Shown one piece after another: positions 28,230 through 42,080 of a stretch of 64,000 nt of DNA (position 1 is its first letter; each line of letters opens with the position of its first letter). The position numbers and the translations under genes are program-made. Location: the NCBI RefSeq assembly GCF_009914755.1, contig NC_060928.1; one strand, 5' to 3'. The notes beneath the pieces are model-generated. The model did no database searches. It had not been told where the DNA came from and saw nothing but the letters and a program-made list of their open reading frames with translations. The DNA comes from the human T2T-CHM13v2.0 reference genome, Homo sapiens.

Positions 28230-28680
28230 GTCATGGAATTAGAAAGAAAACTGCTTCCATAATTATATGATGAGTGATAAAGTAGTGTGCAAACAAGAAG
28301 TGCTGTAGAAAATCAAAGGGCTTATGTAGGTTATTGGTGATCAAGAATAGTTTCCTGTAGGAAAAATGGCACAAGCTAAGCCTCAGGGATGGCAATGTGT
28401 AGAAAATGGTCAGGGAAAGTAAGGACCTTAATTTGCATATAGGATTGCTACAGGCAATTGATGAAGACTGGAGGAAATACAGGTTGCTCAAGATTGAAAA
28501 GATTTAAATAAAAATTTACACTTCATCTCAGAAAATGAGACATTTAATGTTTTAAAGCAGAAAAATAACATATAAAATTGGCATTGTAAGTAAAATAACC
28601 TAGGGATGGTATTCAATATGGACTGAAAATAAGAGGGAAATAGGGAATCGATGGAAATCATTACTATAACTAATATAGGC
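28230..28680 (-). mobile_element. L2 fragment
   Basis: Degenerate antisense L2-like sequence (gttttaaagcagaaaaataacat...tggactgaaaataagagg). Confidence 0.4.
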
Positions 28681-29535
28681 TTCATGAGAAAAAATTCTGT
28701 ATGTTGTAAACCTTATGCCTCATAATGAATACCTTCAGAGACAGCAAAGAAAAAATATTTACAGATAAATGGTTTTTCAGTGTTATCTGTTATGCATCTG
28801 CATAATAAAATACTATAGCTCACATCACCATTTTCTTTTCCTTCTTTGTTATAGTTTCTTACCAATAAGGATTTTTGAAAATAAACTTTTATATTGATTA
28901 CAATATAATAGCTTTCTTGCTAAATGCCGTGGACACAAAGATTTTAAAAACCCACTGCCAGTACATTTTAAAGTTCAGACAGGAGTCTCATACAAAAGTA
29001 TTATTTGAAGAAGAGCAAAATAAAACAAGACATATTAAAGCAAAACCACTTGAATCTACTTAGAGCAGTTCAGAAAAGTTTGTTAGAAAAGTTGACTTGT
29101 GAGTTGAGTCTTAAAGAAGAGGCATCACAATGGGAAATAGACTCTGTGTAAAAAAAAAGAATGTATTTATATAAAGGCAAATAAAGCTTTCCTTGTAGGT
29201 AAAATATAGTTGGTCTAAAAGAATTGAAAAATTTTGAATATGAGTGTAGCTAAAGAAACTAATTTAAGGTAATACAGTTATTTCTTTGTTTTTTTTCCCA
29301 TTACTTAAAAATATTTAGATGATATATGGTGATTAGAAATTAACAGGCACACTGGTAGAAGGGTTTATGTATACAAGGAGGGAAGATGCAGTTTGAAAAG
29401 GAGGAAGAAATTGTTCACTAAGATAAGTTCGCAGAGGCAAATAGAAGGCAGACATTTTCAAAGAATCATTTCTTAGGACATATTTTTATTTTATGATCTA
29501 AAATTACAAGAAATATTTTAAATATATGTTTAGTA

Positions 29536-29899
29536 TTTATTTTTATTTCAATAGTTTTGGGGGTACAGGTGGTTTTTGCTTACATGGATAAGTTCTTTAA
29601 TGGTGATTTCTTAGATTTTGGTGCACCTGCCACCGAAGCAGTGTATACTGTATTCAATATGTAGTCTTTAATCCCCTCACCCCTCTCCCACCCTTCCCCC
29701 TCCAGTCCCCAAAATCCATTATATCATTTTTATGACTTTGAATCATAATAGCTTACCTCTATATCATTTTTATGACTTTGAATCATCATAGCTTGCCTCC
29801 CATTTTTAAGTGAGAACATACAATATTTGGATTTCGATTCCTGAGTTACTTCACTTAGAATAATGACCTCCAGTTCCATCCAAGTTGCTGCAAAAGACA
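29536..29899 (-). mobile_element. L1PB-like 3' end
   Basis: tttcaatagttttgggggtacaggtggttttt...cctgagttacttcacttagaataatgacctccagttccatcc. Contains a 40-bp tandem duplication. Confidence 0.85.
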
Positions 29900-29929
29900 A
29901 GGAACATAAAAAATAGTTTGTTCATCTTA

Positions 29930-30367
<438 letters not shown>

Positions 30368-30429
30368 TTATTTAAACTCTTAACATTATATGTACCAGCT
30401 TACTTCACACTGCTTTCCCTTTTTAAAAT

Positions 30430-30810
30430 TTATTTTTATTTTTAAAACTTTTAAATGATTTTACTTTATTTTAATTGTGGTAAAACACATGAGATCACCC
30501 TCTTAATCATTTTTTAGTTACACAATACAGTATTGTTAATTATGGACACAATGATGGACAGCAGATCTCTGGAACTTACTCATCTTGCATAACTGAATCT
30601 TTAGACCCATTGATCAGCACCTCTCCATTTCCCCCTTCCACTGGCCCCTCACAACCAGCATTCGACCATCTGTTTCGATAAGTTTGACTACTTTAGATAT
30701 CTCTAATAAGTAGAATCTTGCAGTATTTGTCCTTCTGTGACTGGCTTATTTCTCTTAATGTCCTAGAGGTTCAGGTATATTGTCATATATGAAAGGATTT
30801 TTCTTTTTAA
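30430..30810 (-). mobile_element. L1MA/MB 3' end
   Basis: acaatacagtattgttaattat...cagcagatctctggaacttactcatcttgcataactga. Confidence 0.75.
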
Positions 30811-31690
30811 AAAATTAAAAAATGCAGAGAAAAATGTAGTTTTTAATTGTTCAAAAGAAAATTCAAACAGATTATCAAGTTGTGAATTTCTCCTTCACCT
30901 TCCATTTATTTGTTTTAAATTCAAGCATCAAGATTTATCTAAAATGAGGAATTTGCCAAAAGGTGTTAGGTGGCAGGAATATTTCCTCTGAACCAAAATT
31001 CAATTGTAAACAGAGTAAAATATTTTAATTTATTAGAATATTTGCCTAATTTATTTTGATTGTTCACAGTTCAAGTATAAATTGATCAATGGAAAGTGTA
31101 GATAACTGTCCACTTGCATTGTTTATGTGATTTAAATATATACTCAACTGAAGAGTTCTTTACAGACTGGGTTTATTGATGGGATCATTTGTTCTCTCAT
31201 TGTGGGAAGGTTTTAGAAAGAACAAATATTCCAGTGATGGAATACCATAATTAAAACACTTTTAATCCCTTAAGACCTGCCTCAGCAAAAGTTCTTTTAG
31301 CATATGATATATAATTTTCAACTTTCTGATATGGTAACCAAAACCAAAAAATAATTCACCAAACTGTTTATTGTCTCACAATATTTACCAAGACTTACAT
31401 ACTTTTATAAAAGAACATTTATCAAAAATTGTGTATTCTCCATAGCCAATTCTGAATAATTAAAACCAAACAAACAGAAATTTCATGGTACATTTTAATT
31501 TTACTGGTGTAAATCCTCATTATTTCCAAAGTTTTGCATTAACATAAGCATTTTTACCTGCAACTCCATACTAATAATTATGCATGATTAAACTTTTCAA
31601 TTTATAGAAAGCAAATAATATTACATTTATTCTGTATATGTAACATTTATTCTGTATATGATATTACTAATATATTTCATATTTGTATGA

Positions 31691-31965
<275 letters not shown>

Positions 31966-34900
31966 ACTTTTTAAGCCAATATTATTTTCTAGTGTCCTCT
32001 TTTACTCATATTTTTCTGCCTTAATATTTTATGTCCATTTATATGTAATTTTAATATGTAATTTATGTATACTCTACATTGATATATAAATTTTGTTATA
32101 TATAACATTTTATTCTTATTAAGGCATTGCTACATATGACAGGAAAGCCAGTGTAAATACTTTTGATCCTTATATCATTAAATTATTTCACACGAGAGCT
32201 GCTAATTTTTGGAATAAAATATTAACATATTTTTATAACTAGTGTGTATATATTTTATATATATGAATCTGTGAATGTGTATGTGCTTACTAACACACAC
32301 TTCTATAACACATAGATGTATCTGTATATGTTTGTGTACATATATATGTAAAAGACAGCATGGCATAAATATATGCCATCATTTTGTAAATACAAGATTG
32401 CTATTTTAGGCTAGTATATTTTCACATTTTATCTTTAGATTCTGCAAAGGCTTAAGAGATGCTCATGTGGCTATTTTAGAAAAGTAATTGGATTATATAG
32501 CAAACTAAAATAGTCTGTTGACATTGAGACAAAGATAAGTGAAAGTTGTGTATATTACTGCAATTTGTTGTCAACAAGAAATCACTGTGTGCTTACTTCA
32601 TGAAAGGAACTGCTTGAAAGACTCAAGAAATCATCACATTCATCAGTGGTTTTCTTTATTCATGTGGTGGTCATAAGCATTAAGGAAGGGACCATAATTT
32701 GCAAAGAGAGCTTTTACAAACTTTAAGTAAATACTTATTGAACATCTACTTTGTAAGAGGCCCTATGAAGACATTACAGGAGCATATATGAATCTTGATG
32801 ATTATTTATATTTTCCAGCACAGTGTGAGTGTCAAGTTCTATTCTAGCACAGTGTTGGTGTTAGATTCTATTCTAATATATTTTCCTGATAGGTGAAAAA
32901 CGTTTATCGCCTAAGTTTTCAGTGTAATATATTTTACACAAATATGTGTGAGTAATCTGAGTACTGGCAACTCGTCTAGATTTACTTCATTCATAGAGAC
33001 CATGACTGCTGAGTATCTACAAAAAGAGCTCTAGAGGAAGTAACAAAATTAACTGTGAGAATAAAAAATGTATAGAAGGTTTCAAACCAGAATAGGTCAG
33101 TGGTCCATCTAATTGAGTATGCAGTTTCTGAGTATTTCAATAAAAATCTAAGATTAGATCATTTAGAGATAGTCATCAATATGGCATTAAAAAGTCACTT
33201 AATTTTCAATCGTCTACTGCAAAGCAAAATCATTTTTTGCTCCACCTAATGATGTACTTAGAGTCAAGCTAAAAAGTTATTACCTATCTAAATATTGAAT
33301 ATAAAAATAATTTTATTTAAAATAACAACTCTTCCTATCACACAACTTCAGAAAAATAAATCATGAACTTTTAATCACTTCTGCTTACTACATATACACA
33401 AGTTTTTTTTATGGACTTCTAAATTGTGAGAAACAGAGGAGGTTGCTTAATAAGAATATGAAAATATTTGTTAAAGTAATAAAATACTTAATTTTGAGAC
33501 TCTCAACCTAAGTTTTATAACCTGGATGTTGAACAGAAATTCTTGAAACATCATTATTTTTCTTTTGTAGAATACACATTATATTTATATATGCTGTAAA
33601 CTTCACAGGTCTGTAATCCACAAGAAAATTAAAGCTGATACATGTAAAAGCACTGTTATACTAAACAATTATATTTAAATATAGGAATCACACTATACAG
33701 AGTGACAAACTATCTTTTTATTTTAATACAATTAATTGTGTAAATAAGCCAGCTAATGGTGGATTTTTAAAGCATGATTTTAGAAGTGAATGTGTTTTTT
33801 ATCATAGAAGTAACAATTTTCTAAAGTAATGGACATTTGCCAAAATTATAGAATAATATTCAGAAGTTTTGGTTAGGGTCTACTATTGGTAAATCTATTA
33901 GCTTCATCAACACTTGGTAAGAAATTACCTAAACAAATAAATATAAGGTAAATAAAATTTCAGTAAAAATGAAAAGAGTAGCAACATAAGAAACCCATTT
34001 TTATGCCACCCACTGAAAAGCAAGGTATTAAAGCAACATGAAAAAAAGATCCAGTCATTTGAGTTCTCGCAATTAATTTTATTATATCCTTCCTAAAATT
34101 GAAAAATGAATGAGAGGTACAAAAACTTTTACACATTTAGGGGATATTCCAAATATATGCAAAACCCTGCACTCAGAACATTCACTAAGTTGACAGACCC
34201 TTACATTTTTATGGGGCTTATCTCCTATGCTCTAGCATGTGTCTTTCTAAGTCTGCTACTTCCTACCCCCAGATTCTGACATCATGATGTCTTCACTGCC
34301 ATAAACCGGTGGTAAAATCCTATGAGATGGAGAGATAATCCATATCCCAGAAGACCAAAATAGGGCATCAAGACTAAGAGTCAAAGAAAGATGCTGAATT
34401 TATACTTCTGCCCTTAGTTTTCTAATTCTTTCTGTATACTGGTATAAAAAAATTAAATATTATTGCCACGTGCCAGATGACAGAGGTTATATTGATTTAC
34501 TTTAATACAAAGAACACATATGAGATAGTAGCAAGCAAGGAAACATCACCTGATTAAACCTAAAATAAATTGTTGCCATTTTTCATGTTCTATCCCAAGA
34601 AAACAGACAAGTAAAATATGAACACAGTAGAAATCAACATTTCATCTTCCAAGTTTTGGACAGTGATGTTAATTTCTGCTTTTCCCAAAGGATGTATTAT
34701 TGAATATAGTTTAAATTTTGTCAGAGTATTAATTCAGGGAATTACATTCTTTCTCATATAACCCTAGTCCCAGGCACGTGAAAGCCAAAAGAAAAAACAC
34801 AGATATGAGTCTACCAATTTCTGAAAAATAACACCATACCCATGAGCTTGGAAAATTAAAAAATTAATGGATTCATATAAATGTCATACTAATTTTTAAA

Positions 34901-37900
34901 TCATTTTAGGCAGAACTTTAACACCTAAATCCCCAAACCAATTCATAATATTGATCCTCATTGGTCCCCTAAATTACCAAGAACTGTTATTAACTAAAGC
35001 CAGTGTCTATATTATTCTCCCAAAAAGTTCTACATATTTTCCTTTCCCAAGTAAGTACTCGTTTTCTGAAGAAGACTCTGGTGCTTACAGTAACAATCAA
35101 GAAAAAGAGTTATGGTGTGTACTTGTGAGATTATTTTAGGGCCTTCCTGAAATATTTCAAGTCCTTACCAGTGGACTTGGGATTCATAACCTGATTGAAG
35201 TTGAGGATTAAGTGAGAGGCAGAGACTTTCCATCACTGTGACTCCTATCAGGCTAGATTCACAAGATTTAGAGATATGTTGTTATACAGAAAAAAAGACC
35301 TTAGAAGATCCAACAATTTATGCTCCAGGAACTCCAATTTTGGTTGGCCATTTTAATTACTGCTTTTGCTCTGCTGCATTGAAAGGCAATTATTTCTGCT
35401 TTTCTTTTACCAATTAAATATGATTGCCTTTGTGAATAGTGAGACCCTGTCTCTATTAAAAGAAAAATTAAATACTATTGCCTGGATTTTTCTTCACCAA
35501 CATTCTAATATCTGTATTAAATTTAGGGAACTTATTTCAACAGTGACATCCCAAACTTTATTGATACCTCCATTTTTTGTTATCTTTTTTCAAGGTTGCA
35601 ATTGCTTCCTTTCTCATGTGTTCTCAATGCCTTGGTGAAGGAAGTCTTCTTTGAGAACTGTCCTAGTAGACGTATTTAGGAAATGGTTGTGCAAGCAGAT
35701 CTTGATGGATCTACTGCACCAAATTTATCTATCTAATTTATTGAATGCTTTAATATCCATTCTATCTAAGAATGATTTGTCTTTTCAACTCATTCTCAGT
35801 AAGCCATCACTGAGTCGAAGATTCTATTTAGTAACCACAAAAATGATATTACTAGATGTTCAACTTCTCACATTGAACCCAGAATCATTGGTAAGTCTAT
35901 TTCATTAAAAGTAAGTCCCACCTAACTTATGTTCTCCCTTCCTCATCTAGCACCACAAGACTTAATTGCCATACATATTTCCCAGGATCAGGATCCCTAA
36001 TACACATTAATCAAATCTTGAAATTCTATTGGCATTGTAATCCTTCGTCTCCTGGGTTTAATTTTTTATTAACCTCATGGGGCATGCAACAATCTGCATC
36101 TAGTAATAGATCAAGAAATAATGACTGTGGGAAAGGTGGGCCATGGCAATTGGAATTTTCTTGCAAGGTAATGACCTCTTGTGTGACTGTAACAGTAACT
36201 CTATAGAAAACTGGACCTTCCTTATATGACGGGAGGATTCTGTTTCTGCTAGCATTGGAGATACACAGTAGCATTCTAGAGTTCAGAGCTTTTAGAATTT
36301 CCCAAACTTTTCCAGTCTTTGCTAATCAATCCCTTAATCCTTATTTAAAAAACTTTACATTTCTATGAATTGCTTTAGGAATCAACAAAGTCACACATCT
36401 GCTTTAAGATACATGAGCCATCAGGCTTCAACAAAATGCTTTTAAATAAATCATAGAAATTCTCATTCTCTGACATGTCCTGAGTCAAGTTAACTCTAAA
36501 TCTATTGCTTTCTTTCTTCAGTACTCCAGTGCAATGAGAAAAACACACTTTGCCCAGAAATATTTATTGTCCTCTGGCAACTGCCACTTGTTCTATCAAA
36601 GTCATGCATTAAATAAGCACTTTATGTCAAATGAACACAAATGAGAATTTCAGTAATCAGTAACTTTTGCCACAGCATACCACAGACTACTGTGTTCCAC
36701 CTTTCAATGTTAAATAATCTTTAACTCATTGAAACACAATTAACATCTTGATTTTCCAGATTCTAAATCTTGAAGATTGATAGCTTACAAAAAATTCTAA
36801 TACCAAACAATGTCAAGTGGATCTAAGTTACAGAGAGAAAAATATCTCAAGTTATTTTAAGAATGAGCTGCCTACAAAGTTGTTATAAGGACTGGAAGAA
36901 TATGTCCTAGCTTCTGTCCCTACAATTAACTCCCAGGATAACATTACTGAACTTTGCTTACAAAGAAACTAACTTTTTTCAAGGCCAGGGAGTGGGATTT
37001 CATCCAGACATTATCAAAGGTTGAGCTCCCAGAATAGGCAAGCTGTGCTGACAAGATCAGAAGGTTACTATCAGAACCGTCAGCTCCAGTTTGCTGCAAG
37101 ATCTGAACTGGCAAAATGGATCTCATGAACTACTGTGTGTTCCCCACTTAACTCATCTTCAAAACCAAGTATGTGGGTGAATCAGAATTTTAGAACTAAA
37201 ATTATAACCAGAATCTCTGCTATAAGCCAGGAACATGAAACGTTTAGTTTCCCAGTGTCTATATTAAAGGAAGATACACCAGCAGGATCTTGTACCATAT
37301 TTTGAATAGGCCAGTCTACTGAATCTACCACAATCATCAGCATTCTAAGATTCAGCTGAGGACAAGACCCTGGCACTTAATAGAATAGAAGTGACTGAAA
37401 ATTGAATGATGGTGAGTACCAATGACGAGTTCCAAAATCTGTGTTTAAGGCTTGTGATTTCTGCACACTAATAATTTGTCCCATCCTCTTTTTAATCCAT
37501 TGCTTTGTTTTTATATTAGTATTAACAATTTAGATAAGGCAACTTCTAAAGTTTCTAATACGTATTTTCACATATTCTATCATTTTAGAACAACTGTTGA
37601 AAAAAAAGTGTTGTGGGATTTAGAGGTTTTCTGTTTTTTACAATGGATTTGTTTTAGCCCATGGAGGAAGATTAGAGAATATGTGTGTGTACTAGTAAGA
37701 AAATGTTAAATTTATTAAGATTCAGCAAGAGTAGAATAAACATCAGACTTATAAACTCATAAAAATCTACAAGGAAAAAAAGCAGGAAATAGAAAGTTTT
37801 GTTATGCCTCATAAAATGAAGCAAACAGTTGCCTGAAGCTAAGCGGGAAAAACACATCTAGACACAAGGGACAAGCTTTATAAAATAACTAATTTCAAAC

Positions 37901-38211
37901 GCAAAGATTTTGGGCCAAAATATATATTTAAGGACACAATAAAAAAATACTGTAGAAAACACCATGAACAGATTTGGGTATTGGGACAACCTGTATGCCT
38001 ATTTCTTTTTATTTTCTAATTTCCATCTCTCAGTGCTCTGTCTGTGATATTTTATAGCAATAATCATGCAACGTTTATTTCTAAGGGAGAGAAAAAAATA
38101 AGGCACAAAGCCAGTTGTCAGAATCATGTACTGTAGATTGACAGAAAATATCAAAACCAATGTGTCATTAATTAGATTGTCCTAATCTTAGAATGCTTTT
38201 ACCCTTCTTAG

Positions 38212-38470
38212 AAATAAAGAAAGAAGCAATTGGGAGAGGTTGGGAAAAGAAGGAATGATGGAAATGATAAAACAGCAGGGAGAAAGGGAAGTGGCAGGGA
38301 AAGAAAGTCAACTGGGAGCAGAGGGAGACAGGGAAAGAGGAGGATAAAGGGCAGAAGAAGGAAGAAAAGAAGCAAGAAGAGGGGAAAGGGGTTAGGAAAG
38401 GAAAGATGAAGAGAAAGAAAATGTAAAAGAGAAGATAAGGAGAAAGAATTAGCAGGAAGGAAGAAAACCA
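38212..38470. repeat. Purine-rich (G/A) low-complexity tract
   Basis: About 260 bp of almost all A/G on the + strand. Confidence 0.85.
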
Positions 38471-38620
38471 AAAGGAGACTGGAGATTGAGAAGAAACAAT
38501 GGCAACAATAACCACATCATCTATTGGTACTCCAAATGAGGTGAATTGTCACAATCAGCTGTATTCTCCCTTTTCTTTTCAGGGACTAAATTTCCCCTAG
38601 ATACAATAAATTTTTTTTTA

Positions 38621-38851
<231 letters not shown>

Positions 38852-38887
38852 ATGTATACTTGGAAAAACTCTTAAAATACGGTGTCT

Positions 38888-38893
<6 letters not shown>

Positions 38894-38919
<26 letters not shown>
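38894..38919. repeat. (TG)n microsatellite
   Basis: Seen directly. Confidence 0.95.
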
Positions 38920-39536
38920 AACACCAAAATAAAACATTTTAATCTTGAACTTTGAAATTATCTTTTGTTATTAATAAGCTGATCTGCAACTCATAAAATT
39001 GTTTAACAATATTCACCATCGCACTAGGGATACATTAAAAAGGGAAAAGATTTACCATTTGGTTCCTATATCAGAGGTAATAAGTTGGTTAAAGTTGAAG
39101 TGAACTAACCTCTACTCACTACAAGTATGGTCAGAAAAAAATAAATAAAAAACTGAAAAATGTAGATTTTAGGTATACCAACTTTCCAAAAAAATGTTAA
39201 GAAAACCAGAATAAATGAAGAGCTAAACCTAGTCACTCTACATGGGATCGTTCCATTTCTTTTTAGTTCTCCCTTTACTTTGACAAAATGTCACATCTTC
39301 TTGTCAGGGGACTATACTGCTTCACAGGAGCCCTATTATTTCATTCTACTGGTACAAATAAAAGTATGCCAACTGAGAACCAAAATGAAAATAATGCTAA
39401 CTCTCAATATATTTCTAGTTATAATCAACCAGATAGGCTATTCTTAGGCATTTGCTAGTTTTTTATTTTTCCTTCCATTTTCGGTCCCTGATGAATTGAA
39501 TAAGATTAATAAAAGTAGGACTGGTGATGCATGACT

Positions 39537-39623
39537 CTGAACCATAGAACTGTCAGTCATGAAGTCTGAACCATAGAACTGTCAATCATGAAGTCTGAAC
39601 CATAGAACTGTCAATCATGAAGT
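39537..39623. repeat. 29-bp x3 minisatellite
   Basis: ctgaaccatagaactgtca(g/a)tcatgaagt at 39537, 39566 and 39595. Confidence 0.95.
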
Positions 39624-39760
39624 AAATTTGGTATTTTTCTAATCTTTGTCATTTACGTTTCAAGTGTATAAAAAAGTACATTTAAAAAGCCAATGATTAC
39701 TGTGACTATTTTAAATGACAAAGTATTTCATTTGAATTCTGTGTCAAGATAAAATTGTCC

Positions 39761-41469
39761 TTTTTTTTAGAATTAAAAAGGCTTTGCATTTCATATTTCT
39801 TATCAGTGCTTCAATATAGAATGTTTTGTAATGATTAGTGACGTTGTAAACACCACCAGGTTTTTCCAACACTAAGTGCTAGTCTTTTCCAGTAAATATT
39901 TTTTCCTTAGACAAAATAACCAAACCTAACACAATTTCAAGAGATGGTGATACCATCAGTATAATAACCCAAATTACAAAAATGGCAATACTTAAAATCA
40001 TGCATATTGTTTCACCATTTCATAAAACTTATTTTAAAATTTCCACAAACTTCCCCAGTGTAAAAGACTCCTCAAAAACTGCATGATAACATGAAACTAC
40101 AAAATTCACTTTGGAAAAGTAGGGAGTTATTTTTCTAATTTTGGCTTTAAGATCTTTTTTTTTAATGGGTTAGAAGATACGGTGAGGAATGTATTGAGAG
40201 AGGTGGAGAAAAAGGAGCTTCCAGTCGATGCATTCACCATGTCTGAAAATACTTCAGTTATTCAAAGGGAACACTTCAAGAGTAAGGATATATTATAAAT
40301 AAGTCTCTCAGCAAGATGAACAGATGAACAGTTCAATTGCACCCACAGGAGAGAGGTCTTCTTGGAGAATGCTTGTTTATAGAATCTTCTGTAAAATAGA
40401 GTTGGCTACTTCTAATGATTCGTCTTGTACTAAAACAATATCATAAGAGTCCATGTACTTTTCTAAAAGCTCATCCACTCTGTCATTTAGATATCCAACT
40501 TTCAGAATGTGCTCAACATTGGCCACTCCATCTGCCATTCTTAAGTCTCCTTGGGAGTCTCCCAGAAGAATTATGTTACTATTGTCTTTTAGTTGATTGA
40601 AATATTCTGTATTCCTCAAGGCACCATCATGTTTGTTAAATATATGAATTAGAACTCCTTTAAATCCTTTGAGCACCCCAGTTTCATCAAAATCCATAAA
40701 ATTGGACACAACTTTGACATTTGGATGATAAACACCAGCTTGACGAATAACCTCCTCTAGTACATCGCTGATTCCAGCCGAAAATATGAACACCGGGATA
40801 CTATGTTGTTGGAGCTTATCAAAGAAATTCTTCATATCTTTCTTTGAGCATAACGTCAGATTCTGCCACAATTTCTTTAAGTTTAGCTTTTGGTAAAGCT
40901 TGTTGAACAAGCAAACCATGTGATTTAGTATACCATTCCACCATATAAGGGTACTTCTCTTCTACAGTAAGAACAGGATCAACTTCAATAGCGTAATATT
41001 TTTTCTTTAGTTGCAATAACTTTTTTCTACATTCATCTGTAATCAGCTGACAGTTGTCAATGCTATTATGACATGTTGGGCATCTTTTCCCTTTGTATGA
41101 AAATCTACTGAGTGTCATATCAAAGTCCGTTATTATCTGAAGTTTGGCAGCTCCTCCTTTGATAAGACCACAGATCATTTCTTCTACTCTTGTAAGGTTC
41201 TTGATTCGAACTGAACTTTTCTGGAATTCTGGCATCATCTCGATGATCTTGGTCTTCCGCCCCGTCTTCCTCTTCAAGGTGAATATGTACTGAGCCAGCA
41301 CCACCCCCGCCACCAGGGCGCACACGCTGGCGCTCACTACCGCGCCCACCCTCGCCACGGCCGCGCAGTCCATGGACCGGGCCCTCATGCGCGTCCAGGC
41401 AGGAAAAAAACAGGCAACTCTCGGAGACTGCGAGTCTCGGAAGCGCGGGATCCCAGAGCACCACGGACC
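39761..41469 (-). pseudogene. NT5C3AP1: Processed pseudogene of NT5C3A (cytosolic 5'-nucleotidase IIIA / pyrimidine 5'-nucleotidase, HAD family); probably NT5C3AP1
   Basis: Intronless CDS 41388-40377 (1012 nt = 337 codons + 1 nt), split into ORFs 40819-41388 and 40377-40919. HAD motifs DFDMT, FSAG, NKH and GDSQGD are present, with 5'UTR, 3'UTR, A8 tail and TSD ataaaattgtc (39749-39759 / 41470-41480). Parent identity is secure. The P1 symbol is recalled, not verified. Confidence 0.93.
41240..41469. promoter_or_regulatory. Small CpG-rich island carried in by the retrocopy 5' end
   Basis: The clearest non-Alu GC/CpG-dense patch in the window. Promoter activity is not demonstrated. Confidence 0.45.
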
Positions 41470-41689
41470 ATAAAATTGTCTTAAATTGAGTGTTCATCTC
41501 AGCTGTTAAAACTAAAAGAACCTCTAGCCTCATAATCTGTACCTTTCATCCATGAGTAAGGAAAACAAGTTGAGGACTGAGACCAAAGTTTCTGACACCA
41601 TCTTTTTCTGCATAAAGCAATAATATATATTGCTGACATCAAGTTGTCTCTTTGCTCTCTTTCTGAAGAGAGCAAACAAGTTCTGAAAT

Positions 41690-42080
41690 AAAAGTTAGTT
41701 GCTTATTTTGCTCTCAAATAAGTATGAGTTCAGAGGAAAATCCTCCAAAACTTGTAAGTACAAGGACCAGGCTATCCCCAGCTCACTGCTCCACCATTCC
41801 TGATTTGTGTCTCTTACCCTCATAGTTCAGGAAAGCACCTCTATGGGAGGTGGAAGGTAGTAGAATCAATAAATTTTAAAGAAAACTGTAAATGGAATAT
41901 TTTTGTGGGTTTCTTGGTTTGTTTGTTTGCTTGTTTTTTTTTAAAGAAACGCTTCTAGAAGTCACCATGAGACACTGCCACTTACATTTCATTGACCAAA
42001 ATACTGCCATATGTCCACACTTCCTTGCAAACAGTTCTGAAGAATAGATTTACCATTCTAGATAGCCATGTGCCTAGCCC
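41690..42080 (-). mobile_element. Old MLT1 (MaLR) LTR fragment
   Basis: cacttacatttcattgaccaaaatactgccatatgtccacac motif typical of MLT1J/K/L. Confidence 0.45.

Noticed and set aside
36200-36470. Faint RT-like words on the minus strand (FVD..., GKVWEILKA)
   Set aside because: Too short and discontinuous to support an ancient LINE call without a profile search.
38168-38515. Hydrophobic F/S/L-rich ORFs resembling membrane proteins
   Set aside because: Artefact of translating the polypyrimidine strand of a low-complexity tract.
39537-39623. 29-bp repeats as a possible CRISPR array
   Set aside because: Units are head to tail with no spacers, there are no cas genes, and the context is primate DNA.
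40155-40163. T9 run as the pseudogene poly(A) tail
   Set aside because: It is internal to the 3'UTR. The TSD-adjacent tail is at 39761-39768.
41120-41533. 137-aa overlapping minus-strand ORF
   Set aside because: An alternative frame of the GC-rich NT5C3A 5' end running in from flanking DNA, with no independent support.
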